A stretch of DNA of 64,000 nt from IMG/VR virus record IMGVR_UViG_3300020477_000013, positions 1 through 64,000 of that record; one strand, given 5' to 3'. The position numbers and the translations under genes were made by a program. The DNA is from a virus. Taxonomy: Duplodnaviria > Caudoviricetes. Of this stretch, positions 40,065-50,900 are shown one piece after another. The notes under the pieces were generated by a model, which saw only the letters and a program-made list of their open reading frames with translations, had not been told where the DNA came from and searched no databases. Each line of letters starts with the position of its first letter. The first letter of the stretch is position 1.

Positions 40065-41231
40065 ATGCCATCTACTGTTAGAAGATCATTGGGGAAAAAA
40101 CCTCCCGAAAAGAAATCTCACAAAAAAGATGAAATAGGAAAGGTTGATATGGTACCTGAGAATGAAAAAGATGATGTATACATCAATACTGATGTTGCTG
40201 GTGACGATTTTGATTTTGTAGAAGCGTATGATGATGATCCTGCTGAGCTTGATGAGAGATTGCTGCCTGATAATACTGCACCTAGCGCAATTTCATGTGG
40301 ATTTCTTGGTATTGGAGGGGGCGGCGGAAAACTCGCCAAGGCATTTATTGACCTAGGCTTTAATAAGACGCTGCTCGTAAATACAACGGCAAAAGACCAA
40401 CCAGGTGGAGTGGATCCCCAGCATTTCTTGCTGGTACCCGGTGCGGATGGGGTAGGTAAGGACATCGAACTTGGCAAGAAGGTCTTAGGTGAACAAAGCG
40501 CTATGGTAGAAGATGCTGTGCGTACCAGGATAGGGACCGTAGATTGGCTCTTTGTCTTGGCCGGCGGCGGGGGCGGCACCGGTAGCGCATGTCATGAGTT
40601 GCATGGTTCCCTGAGTAGATACCTTCAATCCATAGAGTCAGTTGGGAAAGTCGTATATATCGTTACAAAGCCAACTGCTCAAGAGTTGTTAAACCCAACA
40701 ATCTCTAAGAATTATAGCTCGCTGTCTAAGGATGTGGCTGATCACCCTCATATCATCATAGATAATGAGAAACAGCTACAGTTGCTCAGGGGAAAGGTGG
40801 GAATGCTAAATATGTTCCCATCTGCAAATAAGAATTTTGCAAAACTACTATGGCAGGTGCTAAAGCTAGCTTCTGAGCATTCCCCCGTACAGACTTTCGA
40901 CTCTAAGGATTTAGAGCGATGTCTTTCCTGTGATGGCAGGATCGTGTTAGGGAGTACTGTCGTTAGGGATGTAGATAGGAATGACCTAGGATCAATAGTA
41001 TTTCAGGGATGTTTACGATCATCTCCATGCCCTACGCCCAAGGGTTCTACAAAGACTGGTGTTTTACTTCTAGTCGTGGATAATGATATGGCTTCTGACC
41101 CCGACGTCAGCCGCCGTCTAGAATCTGCATTTTCATATGTTGGCGGCCGGGCGGAGACATTATTTTCTGGTGTTTATGTTAAGGAAGGTATACCTGGGCT
41201 AATCGCCATAACCATGCTGGGCGGGTTGTAA
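40065..41231 (+). CDS. FtsZ/tubulin-family GTPase (TubZ/PhuZ/CetZ-like)
   Basis: GFLGIGGGGGKLAK (T1), VNTT.KD, GADGVGKD..LG, AGGGGGTGSA (signature loop), IIIDNE, NKNF, TFDSKD (T7-like). Confidence 0.9.
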   Translation: MPSTVRRSLGKKPPEKKSHKKDEIGKVDMVPENEKDDVYINTDVAGDDFDFVEAYDDDPAELDERLLPDNTAPSAISCGFLGIGGGGGKLAKAFIDLGFNKTLLVNTTAKDQPGGVDPQHFLLVPGADGVGKDIELGKKVLGEQSAMVEDAVRTRIGTVDWLFVLAGGGGGTGSACHELHGSLSRYLQSIESVGKVVYIVTKPTAQELLNPTISKNYSSLSKDVADHPHIIIDNEKQLQLLRGKVGMLNMFPSANKNFAKLLWQVLKLASEHSPVQTFDSKDLERCLSCDGRIVLGSTVVRDVDRNDLGSIVFQGCLRSSPCPTPKGSTKTGVLLLVVDNDMASDPDVSRRLESAFSYVGGRAETLFSGVYVKEGIPGLIAITMLGGL

Positions 41232-41298
41232 GTTATAAAACTATCATATGCACGTCTCGGTTGATATTTATTAAGATAGATCAACTGGAGATGTATGC

Positions 41299-42495
41299 AT
41301 GGCTACCTTCGCTAATACGCTAAACCCAACTCCCTTCGGCTTTTTCGATAGCGACTCAGGCTTTCAGACAGAGGCTGATGCGATGGTGACGTTTGTAAAG
41401 CGTAAGCTTGGTGATGACATCCTATCTGTTGAACTTACAAAAAAACAGATATGGGCGTGTTTCGAGGAGTCTTTTCTAGAATACGGCTCAGTTGTTAACC
41501 AGTACCAGGCTCAATCGCAACTAATGAATTTATTGGGATTCCCTACAGGTAGTGCTTTATCAGGGTCAACGAATATTGGACCTCACGGATATGAGCAAAT
41601 GCTGGGCAGAGAAAATTTTGAATTTATCTTGAGGCAAGCTGAGCCATATGCAATGGACGCCGGACTAGGGGGATCGTACAATACGGTTACCGGTTCAATC
41701 AGCTTAGAGAAAGAAAAGCAGGATTACGATATCTACACAGACCTTAAGGATGCAGATGGTAATCTCATATTTGACAATGCAAAGAATTCTCCAAAGACAA
41801 AATTGAAAATAATGGAAGTCTTCCATTTCTCAGGTCAGGCCGCCTATCGGTTCTTTGATACAACATCGGCAATTAATTATCTAAATAATGAATTCGATTT
41901 TGAGTCGTTTACTCCGGAGACTGTTTTCTATGTGTTACCGGTATTTGAGGATATCTTAAGGGCCGGGCAAATGGATTTATCAAATCGTGTTAGACGATCA
42001 AATTATTCATATCGTATATCAGGTACGAAGATAAGGATATTTCCTGAGCCTACTAAAGAAGACCCAAAAAAGTTATGGATTAGGGTGGCGTTTAATCCGG
42101 ACCCATTTAATCCTGATTATCAAGATGACACAATTTATGGCGTGAGTAATCTATCGAACGTTCCATATGGAAATCTTCAATTCAATAGGGTTAACAGTAT
42201 TGCACGTCAATGGGTGAGGCAATACACGTTGTCTGCCTGTAAAGAATTATTGGGATATATAAGATCTAAGTTTGATTCTGTCCCTATCGCTGACACGACA
42301 CTGAGCCTTAACGGCGGAGATCTAGTATCCCAAGGAAGAGAAGAGAAAACAAATTTAAAGACTGAACTTAAAGAGATGCTTGATACAATGACGTATGGAA
42401 AGCTCATTGCAGCTGAGGCAGAAGAGGTTGAGTCAATGCAGCGTATCCTTAGGAATATCCCAATTCCTAATGGTAAAGCTATTATAATGGGATAG
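41299..42495 (+). CDS. Neck/head-tail adaptor protein (gp13-like)
   Basis: FVKRKLGDDILSVEL...W.R.YTL...KELLG.IRSKF...LNG.DL pattern and position between head and sheath genes. Confidence 0.7.
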   Translation: MATFANTLNPTPFGFFDSDSGFQTEADAMVTFVKRKLGDDILSVELTKKQIWACFEESFLEYGSVVNQYQAQSQLMNLLGFPTGSALSGSTNIGPHGYEQMLGRENFEFILRQAEPYAMDAGLGGSYNTVTGSISLEKEKQDYDIYTDLKDADGNLIFDNAKNSPKTKLKIMEVFHFSGQAAYRFFDTTSAINYLNNEFDFESFTPETVFYVLPVFEDILRAGQMDLSNRVRRSNYSYRISGTKIRIFPEPTKEDPKKLWIRVAFNPDPFNPDYQDDTIYGVSNLSNVPYGNLQFNRVNSIARQWVRQYTLSACKELLGYIRSKFDSVPIADTTLSLNGGDLVSQGREEKTNLKTELKEMLDTMTYGKLIAAEAEEVESMQRILRNIPIPNGKAIIMG

Positions 42496-42505
42496 GGGAT
42501 AGTAG

Positions 42506-43189
42506 TTGGCAAGGTTATTCATAACTCCTAGAGAGATTGACTTCATAGCTGATGTCAATAAAGAAATAGTTAAGGATGTTATCGGGCAAAAGATTTACTA
42601 TTATCATGTTCGTGAAGACTTATCTGACGTTCATGAGGTGTATGAAGAGTCTATGAATAAGGTCTTTGACCCTCCTATCGAGATAGGTGCTAGGGTCACA
42701 TGGGCTCCAGCCGAAGTTCGGACAAACAAATTTGGTCAAGAGAATTACTATAGCATTGAAGTATACCTGCAAAGTAGGGATATGCTAGACAAGGATATCA
42801 CACCTCAAGCTGGAGATTTTTTTAGCTATGGAGATACTTTTTTTGAAGTGACGTCGATAGCAACTCAATCTAATATATACGGCCAAATAGAGCATACGAC
42901 GGGTGTGAAACTTGTCGGTAAACAGTCACGCGAGGGCCTGATTAGTAAGACCCCAATTGGTCCGACTGACGAAAGTTACACGGATCCAGGTGCGGTACAG
43001 ACAGTATTCGTGCAGCAAAGAGGGTTTAAAGAAAATAAGGAAGGTCTCACGGGTGATGTGAGATCACTCCAGAAAAAAGGCGTTGTTACTAAGCCTATAA
43101 CAGGCCCTGCCGAGGTTGCGCCTGCTGGAGGAAATGGCGAAGAAAATGAGATAGGAACGATAGATTCGGCATTCTATTCAGATTCTTAG
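42506..43189 (+). CDS. Neck/head-closure protein (gp14-like), TTG start
   Basis: E....VIGQKIYYY...VYEE...K.F..P pattern. Synteny after gp13-like gene. Confidence 0.6.
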   Translation: MARLFITPREIDFIADVNKEIVKDVIGQKIYYYHVREDLSDVHEVYEESMNKVFDPPIEIGARVTWAPAEVRTNKFGQENYYSIEVYLQSRDMLDKDITPQAGDFFSYGDTFFEVTSIATQSNIYGQIEHTTGVKLVGKQSREGLISKTPIGPTDESYTDPGAVQTVFVQQRGFKENKEGLTGDVRSLQKKGVVTKPITGPAEVAPAGGNGEENEIGTIDSAFYSDS

Positions 43190-43197
43190 GGGTGTAG

Positions 43198-44514
43198 ATG
43201 TCTACTAGGTTTAGCAAACAGGGAGGAAGCAGCGAGTCAATACCTACAGGGTATGAGGGCACTTCTGTACCTGATTTTGAGATTCCTTCCTGTACTATAG
43301 AGGATGTTGACAGAGGACTGTTTAATCTTTTTAATGAAGAAATACCCTTTTATTTCCAACTAGAAGAACAGTCACGAAGGGTACCGGTTATCTTTGCCAC
43401 AGGCGAAAGATTTGCTATATTACGACGCAACAGGCCCTTGAGGGATAAGGCAGGTGCATTAATACTACCTTTAATCTCTATGATAAGGACTTCAATTAGC
43501 CAAGAGGTCTCTAGGGGCTCAGGCCCTGGGCAGACACAACCTCTAGTCGTTAAAAAAAGGCTGGATAAAAGAGACCCGGAGTATCAGCGGCTAATAAATC
43601 GATTAGCACTTAAGAACCAGGATGATGTTGCGACAACATCTCATAAGCTAGAAGGTAAAGGCGACGGAACAAAGCCGGGGACAGTTGGTACCCGTAGGCA
43701 AGTATCTTTATTGACTACCCCTCAGGCAAGAGAGGGTAAGCTATTAACATCGGATCTTAGCAGGAACATATTCGAGATAATTACCATCCCTCCTGTAAAG
43801 CATTTTATGGCTACTTATGAGATTACATTTTGGACCCAATACACACAGCAGATGAATGATATGGCTACTGCTCTTATGAGCTCTTACCAGAATATGCATA
43901 AAAGAACATTCCGGCTTGAGACAGATAAGGGGTACTGGTTTGTTGGCTATGTAACTGCGGACTTAAGTTCAAATAGCAATTTAGATGATTTCACCGACAG
44001 CGAAAGGATCATAAAGTATACATTCACGGTAGAGGTACCGGCATTTATAGTTAATCCTAGCTATCCAGGATCCCCCAATGCGCTTAGGTCGTTTATGTCT
44101 GCACCTGATGTTAATTTTGAAGTAATACAGTCTAGGGGAAATTTAAACAGTGCACCAAAAACCGGTCCTATAAGCGGTGACCCAAATAAATTTATTTTAC
44201 AGGCGCTTGATTCTACTGAAGACGATTTTCCTGGTACATCCCTTGCTGAGGATTCTAAGGCAGGGTCCGACGATAGAAACCTTGAGGGGGGTACCGATGC
44301 TGTAAAAGATAAGACGGCAAATATAGGCGGCGCTACTGCAGGAAAACTTCCTGTCACGGCACCCAAGTTAAAAACTGATCCATTTACAGGTGAAAAATTA
44401 CCGGTTCCTGTACCGGGCAAAGTAACGACCAACAAGGGCGAGACTAGTTATAAGGATCTTAATACAGGAAAGGTCAATATTGAGTTTGGTGACCTAACAG
44501 ATTTAGATTTATGA
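43198..44514 (+). CDS. Tail completion/sheath terminator (gp15-like)
   Basis: VPVIFATGERF, LPLISMIRT, YEITFWTQYTQQMN. Lies immediately before the sheath. Confidence 0.65.
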   Translation: MSTRFSKQGGSSESIPTGYEGTSVPDFEIPSCTIEDVDRGLFNLFNEEIPFYFQLEEQSRRVPVIFATGERFAILRRNRPLRDKAGALILPLISMIRTSISQEVSRGSGPGQTQPLVVKKRLDKRDPEYQRLINRLALKNQDDVATTSHKLEGKGDGTKPGTVGTRRQVSLLTTPQAREGKLLTSDLSRNIFEIITIPPVKHFMATYEITFWTQYTQQMNDMATALMSSYQNMHKRTFRLETDKGYWFVGYVTADLSSNSNLDDFTDSERIIKYTFTVEVPAFIVNPSYPGSPNALRSFMSAPDVNFEVIQSRGNLNSAPKTGPISGDPNKFILQALDSTEDDFPGTSLAEDSKAGSDDRNLEGGTDAVKDKTANIGGATAGKLPVTAPKLKTDPFTGEKLPVPVPGKVTTNKGETSYKDLNTGKVNIEFGDLTDLDL

Positions 44515-44554
44515 TGTTGTATTTAAAGAAAAGGTAATTTAGTAAAAGCTCACA

Positions 44555-44561
44555 ATATTTA
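44555..44561 (+). promoter_or_regulatory. Putative late promoter motif ATATTTA
   Basis: Intergenic, 33 nt before the sheath-1 ATG. Confidence 0.5.
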
Positions 44562-44594
44562 TTTCCGAGAAGTTTAAGTCCAAGGAGACTCTAC

Positions 44595-47500
44595 ATGGCT
44601 GAGCAAACATTTCGTTCACCCGGGTTTTTCGATAATGAGATCGATCTTTCAAACAGAAGTACATCTCCTAGCGGAATTCCAGCGGGTGTTATTGGGACCG
44701 CGAAACGAGGTCCCGCATTTATACCAATCACAGTAGGAAATTTTGCAGATTTCGGAGATCGCTTCGGAAGTTTAGACCCAAATTTGGCGGGTCCCTATGC
44801 TGTTAATGAATTTCTTAAGAATCAGCGTGCATGTACATATGTTCGAGTTTTAGGCTGTGGTGCAAATGAAACCACAAGCGATATAACTACAACTGAGACT
44901 GAGGGAACCGTTAAAAATGCTGGTTTCACAGTTTCAGGTTCAGGGCCTGCTTTAAATAACATTGCTGCTTGGGCAGGCAACGAGCGTGACCGCAGGGCAG
45001 ATGGTGCTGTGCAGTTCTTAATTGCTAGACATTTTGTGTCTGCATCATTCGAAGGTATCGCATTCCCACAGTTTAGTGATAACCAGAGTTTCCCTGGTAC
45101 TGAGTCTGGAAATGATAACATTAACCTAGTACGTGCTGTCCTATTTACCGCGACAGGATCTAGGTTTCATGTCCTTGATTATAATAAGCAATATTCTTCG
45201 GCTAATTGTCTTACCGATGTCGCGTTTATTGCAACGACAGCATCAAATGACAGTGGTGCTAATCCGAACCCATCATTTCCTGCATACTCGTTTAAATTGG
45301 TTCTATCCAATTCAGACGGCAGGGACTTTGCAACGACTGATGGGTCGACAGGTATTAAGGTTTATTCTTGCTCGCTAAATCCGAATGATGAAATATACAT
45401 TTCAAAGGTGTTAAACACAGATCCTTTGAAGTTCCAAGATCATAAGCATGTCTTATATTCTGACTTTGCTGTGGATCATGAGGTTGCACCGCTATCCGTC
45501 ATGGGAGGTCTTAGCCTCGGCGGCGTACAACCAACAATAGCCATCGCATCTGGAAGCTATTTCCGCCCAACTGATAGCGGTAATTCCTCAAAGGTAATGC
45601 AGGAATTGTTCGGTACTTTTGCAACAAGGTACACTAATCCAAAGACAACTTCTATAATATCACAGCCTTTCGGCGAAAAAGAGTGGGATCTTTTCCACGT
45701 TGAGACAATTTCTGATGGTGAAGTTGCAAATGCAAAGTTTAAGTTGTCTGTAAAGAACCTTAAAGCATCAACAAACGATGAATATCCTTTTGGTACGTTT
45801 GACTTAGAGCTTAGGGAAATGGACGATACGGACCTAGACCCACAGGTTATTGAGAAGTGGCCAAATCTTAACATGGACCCAGATAGTGGTAGGTACATCG
45901 CTAGGGTTATCGGTGACAAGAAAGCTTTCTTTAATTTCGACGCTGCGTCAGAGGAAGAGAGAAGAGTTGTTGTCCAGGGTCAATTCCCAAATAAATCTAG
46001 GTTCATAAGGGTAATTCCTAGTACTTTCGTTAAAAATAAAGACGTGCCCAAGGAGGCAATGCCTTTTGGGTTTAGGGGAATTGGGGTCATTAAGACTAAT
46101 GACACGCTAACAGACAGGCTAGATAAAACTATTAACGTCGCAGGTACAAACCTGGGACCCACGCTGATAGGTGCAGATGCAGCGAGACTTTCATTCTGTT
46201 CTGGCTCATATCTTCTCGCATCAAATGCCCAGCCCGAGGGAATATTGCCGGCAGGTCTTAACCTATCAGGCGCTATTGTTCCTCCACTACCGTACAGGTT
46301 CAAATGTACTAGGTATTATATGAAAGGAGCCCAGATAGGCGAAACTGTTAGTTTTGCTGGTGAGCAAGGTGAGGATGAAAGGGCCGACTCTAGGTATTAC
46401 TGGGGAGTCCAAACAGTCAGTGTACCGGCGACAGGGACATTTGGGTCAGGAAATAATGACCTGTTCCGCCCGAATGAAGGTACTACATTTAATGGTATCG
46501 TGAAGGCATATACTAGGTTCGGGGGGATTAAGAAGCTTGACACCTTAGTTACAGGTTCAGGTGCTGATCACTTTAATAGTAATAAGTTTACCCTAGCTAG
46601 GGTGGCATTACCTAATGGCCTCTCTACGACATATCATATAACCGATATTTCTTCTAGCGCAAATGAGCATATGAAGGGCGCTGCCTATATTCGTAATGGT
46701 GTGCCTGAGGTTACAAGATACACGATACCTGAGACCGCCTTGGGGGGACGCGGGAGAATTACATTAGCAACTCTAATCAATTCATCCTCCGTTGTGTTTA
46801 ATCGCTTTACACCCTATGCTAAGTTTACCACCATATTCCATGGTGGGTTTGATGGGTTAAATATCCTAAATGAAGACCAGTTTAGAATGACCGATAAGGC
46901 TTCATCTACGACAACTGGCGGGGGTATGGCAGCAACTGATTATACAGATACAGGCCTAGCAGGTGGAAACCCAGCTGGAACGAAGATTGATAATTCTATC
47001 ATCAGGGCCTATAAGCAAGCAGCGAATATCCTGACTAATCATCATGTGTCTAATGCAAATATTCTGGCAATCCCAGGGATAAGGGATAAGATGATATCTG
47101 ACCATGCCATGGCCAAGTGCGAAGAAAATGGCCAGGTATTTTTCGCGATGGACCTTGAGCCGTTTGACGAAGATGGAAATCGGCTATACAGTGATTCAGT
47201 AAAGCGCCCTGCGGTGCAGACTACTTCTGAGAGATTAGGGCTAAGAAATATAGACAACAATTTTGTTGGGACATATTTCCCTGATGTCTTTATTAATGAT
47301 GCTGTTAATAACCAGGTTGTGAAGGTGCCTGCTTCAATTGCTGCTGTTAGCGCATTGGGATTCAATGACAGTGCCGCAAAGCCATGGTTCGCGCCGGCAG
47401 GCTTTAATCGTGGTTCGCTTGGGTTTGTTTCAAATGTTGATGTTAGGCTATCAGCAGGTGATCGTGATACGCTTTATGATGCAAGGATTAATCCTATCGC

Positions 47501-47882
47501 GACATTCCCCAATAGCGGATTCGTTATTTTTGGCCAGAAGACGCTGCAGGCTGCTAAGACCGCACTCGATCGTATAAACGTACGAAGGATGTTAATCGAG
47601 GTCAAGAGGTTAATTTTTGGGGTGGCTAGGTCTATTTTGTTTGAGCAAAACACTGATGCTACTAGGGCTAGATTTATCTCGCAGGCAACGCCTCTGCTGG
47701 CGCTTGTCCAGGCGGGTCAAGGAATTGAGCAATTCAAAATTGTGATGGATAGTTCCAACAACACCGTTGAGGATGTCGAAGCGAATCGCCTAAATGGGCG
47801 GATCATCGTTGTTCCGACAAGGGCAGTAGAGTTCATCGCGGTTGACTTTATTATAACAGCGTCAGGCGTAAGTTTTGAATAA
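44595..47882 (+). CDS. gp18: Tail sheath protein 1 (gp18-like)
   Basis: SPGFFDNEID, GTAKRGPAFIP, PWFAPAGFNRG, LYDARINPI, FGQKTLQ, LDRINVRRMLI, PTRAVEFIAVDF. Confidence 0.93.
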   Translation: MAEQTFRSPGFFDNEIDLSNRSTSPSGIPAGVIGTAKRGPAFIPITVGNFADFGDRFGSLDPNLAGPYAVNEFLKNQRACTYVRVLGCGANETTSDITTTETEGTVKNAGFTVSGSGPALNNIAAWAGNERDRRADGAVQFLIARHFVSASFEGIAFPQFSDNQSFPGTESGNDNINLVRAVLFTATGSRFHVLDYNKQYSSANCLTDVAFIATTASNDSGANPNPSFPAYSFKLVLSNSDGRDFATTDGSTGIKVYSCSLNPNDEIYISKVLNTDPLKFQDHKHVLYSDFAVDHEVAPLSVMGGLSLGGVQPTIAIASGSYFRPTDSGNSSKVMQELFGTFATRYTNPKTTSIISQPFGEKEWDLFHVETISDGEVANAKFKLSVKNLKASTNDEYPFGTFDLELREMDDTDLDPQVIEKWPNLNMDPDSGRYIARVIGDKKAFFNFDAASEEERRVVVQGQFPNKSRFIRVIPSTFVKNKDVPKEAMPFGFRGIGVIKTNDTLTDRLDKTINVAGTNLGPTLIGADAARLSFCSGSYLLASNAQPEGILPAGLNLSGAIVPPLPYRFKCTRYYMKGAQIGETVSFAGEQGEDERADSRYYWGVQTVSVPATGTFGSGNNDLFRPNEGTTFNGIVKAYTRFGGIKKLDTLVTGSGADHFNSNKFTLARVALPNGLSTTYHITDISSSANEHMKGAAYIRNGVPEVTRYTIPETALGGRGRITLATLINSSSVVFNRFTPYAKFTTIFHGGFDGLNILNEDQFRMTDKASSTTTGGGMAATDYTDTGLAGGNPAGTKIDNSIIRAYKQAANILTNHHVSNANILAIPGIRDKMISDHAMAKCEENGQVFFAMDLEPFDEDGNRLYSDSVKRPAVQTTSERLGLRNIDNNFVGTYFPDVFINDAVNNQVVKVPASIAAVSALGFNDSAAKPWFAPAGFNRGSLGFVSNVDVRLSAGDRDTLYDARINPIATFPNSGFVIFGQKTLQAAKTALDRINVRRMLIEVKRLIFGVARSILFEQNTDATRARFISQATPLLALVQAGQGIEQFKIVMDSSNNTVEDVEANRLNGRIIVVPTRAVEFIAVDFIITASGVSFE

Positions 47883-47922
47883 GAGATACATATAATGGAG
47901 CAATCAATTAGGAGCGCAAAGA

Positions 47923-50900
47923 ATGGGTGAACAAGTTTTTAATAGTGCCGGCATACAAGCTCAAGAGATAGACCTATCAGGTCCTAAGCCTGCAAAGCCG
48001 GAAGGTACACCGGCAGGTGTTATAGGTACTTCTAGAAAGGGAAGGGCATTCGTTCCTATTACTCTCCCGAATATGTCTGAATTTATAGTTAAATTTGGAA
48101 ATACTGACGGGAAACAATTTGCGCCGCTGGCTATGAGGCAGTGGTTTTCAAATGGAGCGCGTGCAGGTACCTTTGTTAGGGTCCTTGGCGCCGGCGATGG
48201 CAAAAAGCGTGTCGAGTCAGGTGATAATTCCGGACGAGTTAATAGAGCAGGATTTGTCGTCGGTGGTCAGGTCATACAGGATAATGGACAGCTAGGAAAT
48301 AATAAATGGGCAGGTGTTAATGCTGCTGGTGGCGGTCATAAGGATGGGACATCAATAGGTAAAGGTATGGCAGGACGTACCTACTTCTTGGGTTGTTTCA
48401 TGTCGGAATCGAAGATTAGCTCGACTATCTTTCGTGAGTCAGGAATTATCCAGGGCTCAACCGCAAATGGTTATGATAATCCCGCTGGTACAGTCAATCC
48501 GTTAACCCAGTCGAAGCCTATCATCCGTGGCGTCTTATTCGCTGCGTCTGGAGTCGCCCTTGGCCTATCGGCTACTATGCACAAGGGTAATGACCCATTC
48601 ACTGATGCATGCGCTATTACGAAGAGGGCTGCCAATTCAGACCAGGGTTTCACGACCGCTGATTACACAGCTGCTGTATTCGGTGGTCAGTCGGGAAGCT
48701 TTACGACGAATGCCGGAGGTTTCCTGGGTGATATTGATAAATCATCAAATGGCGGTGATAAATTTACCATGATCTTGAATGGTATGCCCACCAATGATGA
48801 ATTTAAGAATGTTATTACAGCATCATTTGATCCCAAGGAAAGATCTTATTTCGCAAATGTGTTTAATAAAGATCCTAATAAGTTAGAAAAGGCTGGGCAC
48901 TGGCTTTACACACACTATGACGTCTATCCTGCATATGCAACTATCACAGGCTCAAAGTCAGCGCTATCAGGTACCGATCCAAAAGACTGGGGGGGCCTGG
49001 GTGATATTACAATTGGCTCCGGCCCATCATCCGGTGGTGCACAGATTGCTTTCCTGTTTACAGCGTCGCTAGCAAGAAATAGTGGCAGCGCTGCTAATAC
49101 TGATGCCGACCTTGCATCTTATTTTGACGGGGCTACCTACGGAGTTCCTAACTTTGAGGGCTTCGAGGATAGGTATAGGGCAGCATTTTCCCCCTATGTA
49201 ATATCTCAAGATATGGGTGATGGTGCTAAGAATTTGTTTAAGGTTCATGCTATCTCTGATGGTTTGGGAGGCTATACACCAACCGCTGCTGATCTTCCCC
49301 CTGAGAAAATAAAGATAAGTATTTTAAACCTCAAGAAGTCTAGGTCGACAAATCCCAACCAGCAGTATGGGACATTTGATTTGCTGGTTAGAAAGCTTGA
49401 TGACACTGATAGGAATCAAGTTGTATATGAGAAGCACACAAACCTAGACCTTGACCCCTCTTCTGATAATTACATAGCTAGGAGGATTGGAGATACTCAT
49501 ATATACTGGGATTGGGATAGGGATGAAACAGCTCAAAAACTAGTCGTAGAGGGTAAATATCCTAATTTTTCCAACTATATTAGGGTTGAGATGAATTCAG
49601 AGGTTGACCGAGGCCCGATTGGAATGGAGCCCAAGGCGATGCCGGTCGGTTTCCGCGGTCCTAACCATCTAGTTACATCCGGCTCTGCAATATTTGCTGC
49701 AATGACAGGAGCACTAGGCAGGGTTGGCCCGGGTTCTGCTCCAGGAGCTTTCGCTTCGTCAGAGATCGTTGTTCCGCCGATTCCTTTCCGTAGGCACATT
49801 ATGCGAAAGCGTGGTGTTGCTGACGTCGCTGTTTCATATCTTCACTGGGGTGTACAAACAACAATCCAGGACTCATTGGAAGAGCCCAATAAGAGTTTAC
49901 AGTACAACGATGGTATAGATTCTTACACAAAGTATTTCCCACATTATGCAACAACTTTCGCAAAGGCATGGGTTGGTGATAATGCGGGCGTCTCGATGAA
50001 GGGCGGGACAGTCCTTGACAGTGATAGGTTTAATAATAACATGTTCACACTAGAGCGAGTTCAGGTTGTGACGCAGAGCAGTACTGTCGATTTACCTGAC
50101 CCACTCCAGTGGGCTGCTGCTAGATATCGACGCGATGGAACGTTGGCTGATTTGACAAAATCAGATGATTCAACGCAACCAGGACGATTTATTAATGTTA
50201 AGAAAGATTTCGGTGATTCAACAACACAGTCTTTCCTAAAATTCTCATTCTTCCTCCAGGGTGGCTTCGATGGTACCAACTTGTTTGATAAACAAAAATT
50301 CGAGTTAACAGATCTTGCATGTAGAAGAGAAAAGGATAACACGAACCAGGGTGGTGTCCGAGGCCCAACGGTAATGGCATACAGGAAGGCTATTGATATC
50401 CTTAAGGAGAGAGCCGATGCAGATATTCAGCTGCTCGCTATTCCTGGGCTGAGACATCCTGTTGTCACTGATTACGCAATTGATGCTATTGAGGATCGCT
50501 TTGATGCATTATACATCATGGATATTGAGGAAAAAGATTCTGCAAACATGTATGTTACAGCTTCAGACGTTCAATTAGTTGATGTTACAAATACAGTTAG
50601 AAGATTCGACGATAGGAATTTAGACACATCATTTGCAGCAGCATATTTTCCAAACGTGGTTATCCGCGATGCTGCTACCGCCACAGACTTGACAGTGCCC
50701 CCGACAGTATCTGTCCTCGGCGCATTCGCTCAAAACGACAGGCTGGGCCACCCGTGGTTGGCACCAGCTGGATTCACACGTGGCGCGCTAAAGGATGTTA
50801 TAGACTTGGGCGTAGAGCTTAAGAAGGAAAATATGGATAAGCTGTACCCAAGTGATATTAACCCCATTACTTCATTCCCCGATGCTTCTGGGCCGCTTAT

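Noticed and set aside
21944-41231. Eukaryotic giant virus origin (suggested by the MR fusion and tubulin)
   Set aside because: T4-like head and contractile tail genes, SD sites, Rho-independent terminators and bS21 indicate a bacteriophage.
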